Origin: Candidatus Subterrananammoxibius californiae
GTDB taxonomy: Bacteria > Planctomycetota > Brocadiia > Brocadiales > Subterrananammoxibiaceae
Length of the DNA: 64,000 bases
Direction of reading: 5' to 3'
NCBI GenBank assembly: GCA_030586555.1
Contig: JAURAC010000006.1
Location: 1 to 64,000, forward strand
The stretch's first letter is position 1; each line of letters opens with the position of its first letter. Below the pieces are notes generated by a model. It ran no database searches, was not told where the DNA came from, and saw nothing but the letters and a program-made list of their open reading frames with translations. This document shows positions 58,198 through 64,000 of the stretch, one piece after another. The position numbers were made by a program, and so were the translations under genes.

Positions 58198-58974
58198 CTA
58201 ATCAGTAGTTAGTAGAAAGTAGACAGGGAACAGGAAAACAAATGTTACCATTAGAAAAATGACGTCTGTGAAAGAAAATTTGAGCACGTTAACCGTCTTA
58301 ATCCGCCCTGTAAAACCTCTAACAACCATCGCCGCATAGATTCTTTCAGCCCGCTCGTATGTACGAATAAAAAGGACCCCAACCATATTCCCAAAAACAG
58401 GTATCTGGCTCAAGAACCTGCCACCAAAGTAACGCACATTTCGAGCTCGCATAAGATGAACCGCCTCGTCAATAAGGACAAAAATATATCGGTACATAAA
58501 TGACATCATCAGGACAATAATTTGTGGAGCCTTCAACAATTCCACCCCACTTAGCAAGTCCTCAAATCTCGTAGTTAACATCATTGCAGTAAGTGTAACA
58601 ACGGAAAGCCATGATTTGACCAAAACGTTTAATAATATATTTATTCCCTCATAAGTAATGCGAAGTTTGAACAGCACAAAGTCAATCTCTTTGATAATCC
58701 TGCCTTCGGTGAAAAACACAGCCAAGCCTGCAACAACCATAACAAACGGAAGTATAATAATTGACCTCTTGAATATATAAACAGGAGAGATTCGGGCAAT
58801 AAAGATAATCGTTAAAATAAGAACAAAATAGAAGCCAAACCTTTCAATTTCCTTTACAGGGGTCAAGACCATCAATACCAAAAAGGTAAGGGAAAATATC
58901 AGCTTCGTCCTCGGGTCTAATCTGTGAATTAAGTTATTTCTATCAGTATTCTTTTCAAAGATGTCGAATCCCAT
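58198..58974 (-). CDS. cbiQ: ECF T-component CbiQ/NikQ
   Basis: LDPRTK, YRYIFVL and RAERIYAAMVVRGF motifs. Confidence 0.92.
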   Translation of the reverse strand: MGFDIFEKNTDRNNLIHRLDPRTKLIFSLTFLVLMVLTPVKEIERFGFYFVLILTIIFIARISPVYIFKRSIIILPFVMVVAGLAVFFTEGRIIKEIDFVLFKLRITYEGINILLNVLVKSWLSVVTLTAMMLTTRFEDLLSGVELLKAPQIIVLMMSFMYRYIFVLIDEAVHLMRARNVRYFGGRFLSQIPVFGNMVGVLFIRTYERAERIYAAMVVRGFTGRIKTVNVLKFSFTDVIFLMVTFVFLFPVYFLLTTD

Positions 58975-59031
58975 AGCCACCTCAATAATTACACAACATG
59001 ATGACACGATACTCCAATTTTGTCAACCTTT

Positions 59032-59793
59032 TTAAAAATTGAGCCGAATGCCTATATAGCCAAGCAAATGCGGTTCACCGCTGCTTCTCTCTCCAAGGCT
59101 CCTACCTGCCGAACCCATTACGGAAAAAAGTTTACTGAACCTGTACCTGAAGCCAGCATTAAATAGCGGTGGATTAACCTCTGTGTATTCTGGTATAAGC
59201 CCAAAAATCTCTCCTACGGCATCAAGTCTCTTTAGAACAGGATACTCGCCAAAAAAGCCATAAAACAATTCATTGTTTTCGTCTTTTTCACGATGTATTA
59301 AATATCCTATCTGAGAACCCATATAAAGGGATTTAATATGGATGTCAAATTCCAATGGCAAAAAGTAATAAGGCTTGGTATGTTCACTACTCGTTGGTAT
59401 AAATACCGCTGGTGTAGCAGAGACGGACGGGAATAAGCCTGTTTCGTCTATAAACCTGTATTTCGTTGCGAACTGGATGTCCCCAAGACCGCTATCTTTA
59501 CCGTTTTCATCGTGGTCTAAAGAGTTATGAGGTATCACTAAATTTAGTTGCGTTCTCTCTCCAAGCCCATAATTGGCATCAACAATGAATCCCGTGGCTC
59601 TTTCGTGAATCGTATTTCTTGTGGTGTAAGCAAGATTAATTTCCCATCTGTTATGACCCGGCGTGCCTGTGTCGTCTGTAATGAGTGGAGGTCCCCCACC
59701 TAAAAGTAGGGGCAATTCATGAATTGCCCCTACAAAATTTTCAAATACAAAGCAGGTAAACATAAATGATAAAGAAAAACAAGACAACTTCAT
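59032..59793 (-). CDS. Outer-membrane beta-barrel 'transporter' family protein
   Basis: GGPPLITDDTGTP, GLGD, C-terminal Phe; in-frame REP at 59706-59733. Confidence 0.7.
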   Translation of the reverse strand: MKLSCFSLSFMFTCFVFENFVGAIHELPLLLGGGPPLITDDTGTPGHNRWEINLAYTTRNTIHERATGFIVDANYGLGERTQLNLVIPHNSLDHDENGKDSGLGDIQFATKYRFIDETGLFPSVSATPAVFIPTSSEHTKPYYFLPLEFDIHIKSLYMGSQIGYLIHREKDENNELFYGFFGEYPVLKRLDAVGEIFGLIPEYTEVNPPLFNAGFRYRFSKLFSVMGSAGRSLGERSSGEPHLLGYIGIRLNF

Positions 59794-59806
59794 TAAGGTT
59801 CCTTTT

Positions 59807-59833
59807 GTGCTACTATTTTTATATTCGTGCTAC
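59807..59833. promoter_or_regulatory. Putative NikR operator (direct-repeat form)
   Basis: GTGCTAC-N13-GTGCTAC. Confidence 0.65.
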
Positions 59834-59856
59834 CATTAGACAAAAAAATATATGCC

Positions 59857-60264
59857 TTATTCAATGTCCATGCCAGTACTTGACATACTCAGCGTTCCGT
59901 GCTTTACCCCTTTTATAGACCTTAAAGTATCAGCCAGTTTCTTGGCTTCCTCAGGCATCCCCTTTACTGCGATTATCTCCAGGCAATTATCGTGGTCTAA
60001 ATGAATGTGTTGGGTTGAGATGATTATTTTTTGAAAATCATGCTGGATATCGGTAAGTTTATCTACTAACTGCCTTCTGTGATGGTTATAAATAACAGTA
60101 ATAGCTCCAGCAACCTCCTTGCCTTCCAGCCACTCTTTCTTTACTAATTCCTGGCGGATTAAGTCCCTGATGGCTTCTGAGCGGTTACTGTAGTTCTTCT
60201 CTCTTATCAACCGGTCAAATTTCTCAAGTAGTTCTTTCTCTAACGAGACCCCAAACCTAAGCAA
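59857..60264 (-). CDS. nikR: Nickel-responsive regulator NikR
   Basis: RFGVSL RHH strand; NRSEAIRDL; HIHLDHDNCLE. Confidence 0.96.
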   Translation of the reverse strand: MLRFGVSLEKELLEKFDRLIREKNYSNRSEAIRDLIRQELVKKEWLEGKEVAGAITVIYNHHRRQLVDKLTDIQHDFQKIIISTQHIHLDHDNCLEIIAVKGMPEEAKKLADTLRSIKGVKHGTLSMSSTGMDIE

Positions 60265-60282
60265 TCGAAAACCTCCCCTATT

Positions 60283-60309
60283 GTGTTACTTTTTTCATAA
60301 TTGTAGCAC
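60283..60309. promoter_or_regulatory. Putative NikR autoregulatory operator (inverted form)
   Basis: GTGTTAC-N13-GTAGCAC. Confidence 0.7.
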
Positions 60310-60459
60310 AACATATTTGCCTTGTCAAGATTTTTCTAAGACATTTCCAAAAAAAGCTTGCTATTTTGAAAATTTTTGTTTATATTACGGGACTTTTAAG
60401 TACAGGCAGTGTTCTAAGTATTAACATAATTTTATAATTCAGAAAAGGAGGAATATGAA

Positions 60460-62154
60460 GTGTTAAGTGACATTGAAATTGCCCGCGGGGTAAAGATGAA
60501 ACCTATTGTGGAGATTGCTGGTGAACTCGGCATAAATCGGGATGAGATTGAATTGTATGGTGATTATAAGGCAAAGGTAAGGCTTGAGATTCTGGACAGG
60601 GTTAAGAATAGACCGAATGGCAAGTACATAGACGTAACGGCTATTACCCCTACCCCACTCGGCGAGGGGAAGACGGTTAACACACTGGGGCTTGCCCTTG
60701 GACTCAATAAGATTGGAAAGAATGCTATAGCCTGCATCCGTCAGCCATCGCTCGGTCCTGTCTTCGGTATAAAGGGAGGCGCTGCTGGTGGTGGTTATTC
60801 ACAGGTGGTTCCTATGGAGGATGTGAACCTGCATCTTACTGGCGACATGCATGCCGTTAGCGTTGCGCATAATCTATTAGCGGCTTTTTTAGATACCTCC
60901 GTACTGCTTAAAAACCCCTTAAATATTGACCCCCTCACTATCGGTTGGAAACGGGTAGTGGATGTAAATGACCGGGCTTTGAGGGATATTATAATCGGTT
61001 TGGGCGGTAAGGAAAATGGTATACCAAGAGAAACAGGTTTTGAACTAAGCGCAGCCTCTGAGGTGTTAGCCATTCTTGCATTGACCACAGGTCTTCAAGA
61101 TATGAGAAAGAAGCTTAGCAGTATTATAGTAGCCTACACACACAATGGAAAACCCGTTACCGCGGATGGCCTGAAATGCGCAGGCTCAATGGCTGTCTTG
61201 CTCAGGGACGCCATCAAACCAAACCTCTTACAGACTACAGAAAACACACCCGTGTTTGTACATACAGGTCCTTTTGGCAATATTGCACATGGCAATAGCT
61301 CCATACTGGCTGACCAGATAGCCATTAAATTAGGTGAATACGTTGTAACAGAAAGCGGGTTTGGAGCCGATATGGGCATGGAAAAATTCTTTAACATCAA
61401 ATGCAGGTACAGCGGATTAATCCCCAACGCCGTTGCCATTGTTACAAGTATCAGAGCGCTGAAGATGCACAGTGGCAAATTTACAATTATCCCAGGTAAG
61501 CCTTTAGACAAGGGTCTTATCGAGGAAAATATAGACGCTGTTGTGGAGGGTTGTTCCAATCTTGCCAAACATATCAAGAACGTCAAGACATACGGTATTC
61601 CATCGGTCGTTGCCATAAATAGATTTACTAAGGATACAGACCACGAGATTGAATCGGTAAGAAAGGAAGCCCTCGCTGCTGGCGCTGAGGGTGTTGTGGT
61701 AAGTGAGGTATGGGCAAAGGGTGGTAAAGGCGGTAGAGAATTTGCCGAAGCTATTGTGGCGGCAGCCAACAAGAAGAGTAACTTCAATTTCCTCTACGAG
61801 CTTGACTGGTCAATAGAGCAGAAGATAGAAACCATCGCCACGAGGACATACGGCGCAAAAGAAGTAGAATTCCATCCTTTAGCCAAGGAAAAGATACACA
61901 AGCTTAATCGTCTCGGCTTAAATAACCTGCCTGTATGTATGGCAAAGACGCACCTCTCTATCTCACACGACCCAAAGTGTCTGGGGGCTCCATCTGGTTA
62001 TGTGTTCCCCGTACGCGATATAAAGGTTTCTGCAGGCGCTGGCTTCCTTTATGCCCTGTGCGGAGACATTAGAACAATGCCCGGTCTTGGTTCTAAACCA
62101 GCAGGTCAAGACATTGATGTTGATGAAAATGGAGATATTTTAGGTTTATCATAA
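60460..62154 (+). CDS. fhs: Formate--tetrahydrofolate ligase
   Basis: TPTPLGEGKT, GIKGGAAGGGYSQV, GPFGNIAHG and TMPGL motifs. Confidence 0.97.
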   Translation: MLSDIEIARGVKMKPIVEIAGELGINRDEIELYGDYKAKVRLEILDRVKNRPNGKYIDVTAITPTPLGEGKTVNTLGLALGLNKIGKNAIACIRQPSLGPVFGIKGGAAGGGYSQVVPMEDVNLHLTGDMHAVSVAHNLLAAFLDTSVLLKNPLNIDPLTIGWKRVVDVNDRALRDIIIGLGGKENGIPRETGFELSAASEVLAILALTTGLQDMRKKLSSIIVAYTHNGKPVTADGLKCAGSMAVLLRDAIKPNLLQTTENTPVFVHTGPFGNIAHGNSSILADQIAIKLGEYVVTESGFGADMGMEKFFNIKCRYSGLIPNAVAIVTSIRALKMHSGKFTIIPGKPLDKGLIEENIDAVVEGCSNLAKHIKNVKTYGIPSVVAINRFTKDTDHEIESVRKEALAAGAEGVVVSEVWAKGGKGGREFAEAIVAAANKKSNFNFLYELDWSIEQKIETIATRTYGAKEVEFHPLAKEKIHKLNRLGLNNLPVCMAKTHLSISHDPKCLGAPSGYVFPVRDIKVSAGAGFLYALCGDIRTMPGLGSKPAGQDIDVDENGDILGLS

Positions 62155-62222
62155 TATGTGTCTTGGTGGCAGACTCTACCAAGGTGATAGGTTGTTAGGG
62201 TCTCAGACTACAAAAAACAAAG

Positions 62223-62253
62223 GGGTAGGTAACTTAAAATCGTTACCTACCCC
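62223..62253. terminator. Bidirectional terminator hairpin
   Basis: GGGTAGGTAAC-N8-GTTACCTACCC between convergent genes. Confidence 0.7.
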
Positions 62254-62294
62254 ATTTATGCTTTATAAAGAATCCTTCTTTTCAAACACCCTGA

Positions 62295-62744
62295 TTACGG
62301 ATTAGTCGGAACCCATACCTTATGAGCAGGTACCCATTGGCCGCCTACCCACTGTCCCGGGATTTCAACCCAATGCCCAGCAGGCGCTTGAAGGGCAGGT
62401 TGCCCACCTTCTGCTTCTGCTGGAGCCTGTGGGGGAGGACCGCCATAAGCTGGTTGCCGCTGTTGCTGCTTAAGTTGCTCTATCTCCTGCTGTTGCTGCT
62501 CAATCTGCTGTCTCGTTTCCTGCTTCTCCATCTCGCTGCCTACCGCACCGCCCAATAAAGCCCCTGCACCTGCTCCGATAAGGGTACCTGCGGTATTACC
62601 TCCTATAGCCTGGCCCATCAACGCGCCACCAGCAGCGCCAATCCCTGTACCCATTGTAGACTTTGAAGGAGGCCCCTGGCATCCACTAAACACCATTGCC
62701 ACCATTCCTAATCCACCCAACAAAATAAACAACTTTTTCATCAA
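62295..62744 (-). CDS. Glycine-zipper lipoprotein with Trp/Gly repeats
   Basis: Lipobox FSGC; GxxxG zipper; GHWVEIPGQWVGGQWVPAH. Confidence 0.8.
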   Translation of the reverse strand: MMKKLFILLGGLGMVAMVFSGCQGPPSKSTMGTGIGAAGGALMGQAIGGNTAGTLIGAGAGALLGGAVGSEMEKQETRQQIEQQQQEIEQLKQQQRQPAYGGPPPQAPAEAEGGQPALQAPAGHWVEIPGQWVGGQWVPAHKVWVPTNP

Positions 62745-63023
62745 TACTTACCTCCTACCAAAAACACCTCCACAAAAATACGTAACAGATACATTTGTTG
62801 CAATTTCATTATAAGTATACGTGATATTTGCACTCTTGTCAAGTAATTTTCCTCTCATCAGGTGCGCTTGTCCACAAAAAAATTAGCTCTATGCGTTACT
62901 TTCGTGTTGACAACGAGCTAAAAGCAATATATACTCATGCCTTGTGGGGAAAAGGCTGCGGTGGCAAATTTCACAGGCACGGCATTATTGCTGTGTAATG
63001 CCTAAATGAAAGGAGGAGATAAG

Positions 63024-63305
63024 ATGTCAGTATTAAGTCTTTTTCGCATTGAAGTAAATCCTGCCGAGGAGAAGAATTTTTTAAATGATTTTACCACGTT
63101 ATTACCAGTAGCCAAGAAGCAAAAGGGCTTGCGTTATGCAGAGGCATTTATACCTGTCGGGTCAAAGAACACGTACCTCTTAATCACAGAGTGGGATTCT
63201 GAGGCAGACATAGCTGCATGGAAGAAGGTCGAACAACACGTAGGGATTATGGCAAAAGCGGGTAGATATGTGGCAAAACACAATATAAAAAGATACAAAT
63301 CATAG
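63024..63305 (+). CDS. Antibiotic biosynthesis monooxygenase (ABM)-like protein
   Basis: TTGACA(62907)-17-TATACT; SD AGGAGG; YLLITEWDS..DIAAW...H. Confidence 0.8.
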   Translation: MSVLSLFRIEVNPAEEKNFLNDFTTLLPVAKKQKGLRYAEAFIPVGSKNTYLLITEWDSEADIAAWKKVEQHVGIMAKAGRYVAKHNIKRYKS

Positions 63306-63317
63306 AACACCCTGTAC

Positions 63318-63491
63318 GGTAGATAACGGACTTTATGTCCGTTGATTTCAACGATGGTAAACATCGTTGCCTACCAAATTACCGCATCATTTTGTTGCCA
63401 CCGTAGCGCCCTAAACAGATAGGCTGAGGGCTGAAGAAAAGACAGGCTGAAGGATAAAGAATTGGTTCTTCAGCCTTCAGCCTTCAGCCTT
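63318..63491. repeat. GGTAGACAACG-family doublet plus inverted heptamer array (GGCTGAA/TTCAGCC)
   Basis: Read directly from the sequence. Confidence 0.75.
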
Positions 63492-64000
63492 ATGGTCGAA
63501 CTCAAGAAAATCAAATTTGCAATACTTGGCATAATCGGTTCCCTTGTCATCCGCGTTCTTGTTAGGACGCTAAGGGTTGAGGAAAAACCAAGAGATTTGA
63601 GGCAAAGGTTTGAGGGGCGAGGTGAAGGACTAATCTATGCCTTCTGGCATTGTATGATGCTCGTCCTGGCATCTGTGGGGAAGAACTCTAACATACATGT
63701 ACTTATCAGCCAGCACACAGACGGCGAATACATTGCACAGATTATTAAGCGTCTTGGTTACGGCGTAATTCGTGGCTCAACCACACGCGGTGGGGCAAGG
63801 GCGATGATAAGTCTTGTAAAGAAAGCACGGTCAGGCTTCCCTATCGCAATCACACCCGACGGACCTCGCGGCCCACGTCACGTTGTACAGATGGGGGTTA
63901 TATACCTGGGACAGAAAGCTGGCGTCCCAATCCTTCCCGCGGCTCTCGGTCTTTCGAGTTATTGGGAGCTACCAAGCTGGGACAGGTTTATCATACCAAA
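63492..64000 (+). CDS. DUF374 lysophospholipid acyltransferase-like protein, 3'-truncated
   Basis: FWH, ISQHTDGE, RGSTTRGG, ITPDGPRGP; absent from the ORF track because it has no stop in the window. Confidence 0.85.
   Translation, partial: MVELKKIKFAILGIIGSLVIRVLVRTLRVEEKPRDLRQRFEGRGEGLIYAFWHCMMLVLASVGKNSNIHVLISQHTDGEYIAQIIKRLGYGVIRGSTTRGGARAMISLVKKARSGFPIAITPDGPRGPRHVVQMGVIYLGQKAGVPILPAALGLSSYWELPSWDRFIIP

Noticed and set aside
61134..61787. Long antisense ORFs (also 44727-45401, 21765-22331, 30410-30991)
   Set aside because: Shadow frames of well-conserved genes with no motifs of their own.
62937..63003. Two hairpins upstream of the ABM gene as a riboswitch
   Set aside because: No aptamer consensus recognised, and the first stem overlaps the likely transcription start.

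Overview
Ordinary bacterial chromosome (no rRNA, tRNA, CRISPR, prophage or transposase seen). The gene repertoire tentatively suggests a Planctomycetota / Ca. Brocadiia-like anaerobe; this is inference only. Housekeeping genes: parB with two parS sites, lon, cstA, cinA, ychF, cobT, leuS, holA, accD-rpe-pgk-gap, gdhA, fabG, fhs. Also present: a NikR-controlled Ni/Co ECF transporter locus, arsR-acr3, a two-kinase/HD-GYP operon, four GT-C (ArnT/PMT-like) glycosyltransferases and several toxin-antitoxin-like pairs. Four things stand out. (1) Several families of tiny palindromic repeats (15-60 bp) and inverted heptamer/octamer arrays nest inside each other. One 30-bp element sits at or next to the hairpin loop in three different host repeat families. 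The repeats also lie in frame inside conserved genes (leuS, cobT, lon, holA). (2) Three cargo cassettes (arsR-acr3, an NTase TA-like pair, a glycosyltransferase) are each flanked by a diverged duplicate of the neighbouring gene's 3' end, with no integrase nearby. (3) A ~150-nt multi-stem candidate ncRNA lies at 24036-24186. (4) Small ORFs, some missed by the ORF track, include a 20-aa CxCGC peptide downstream of an ArsR that has the same motif.
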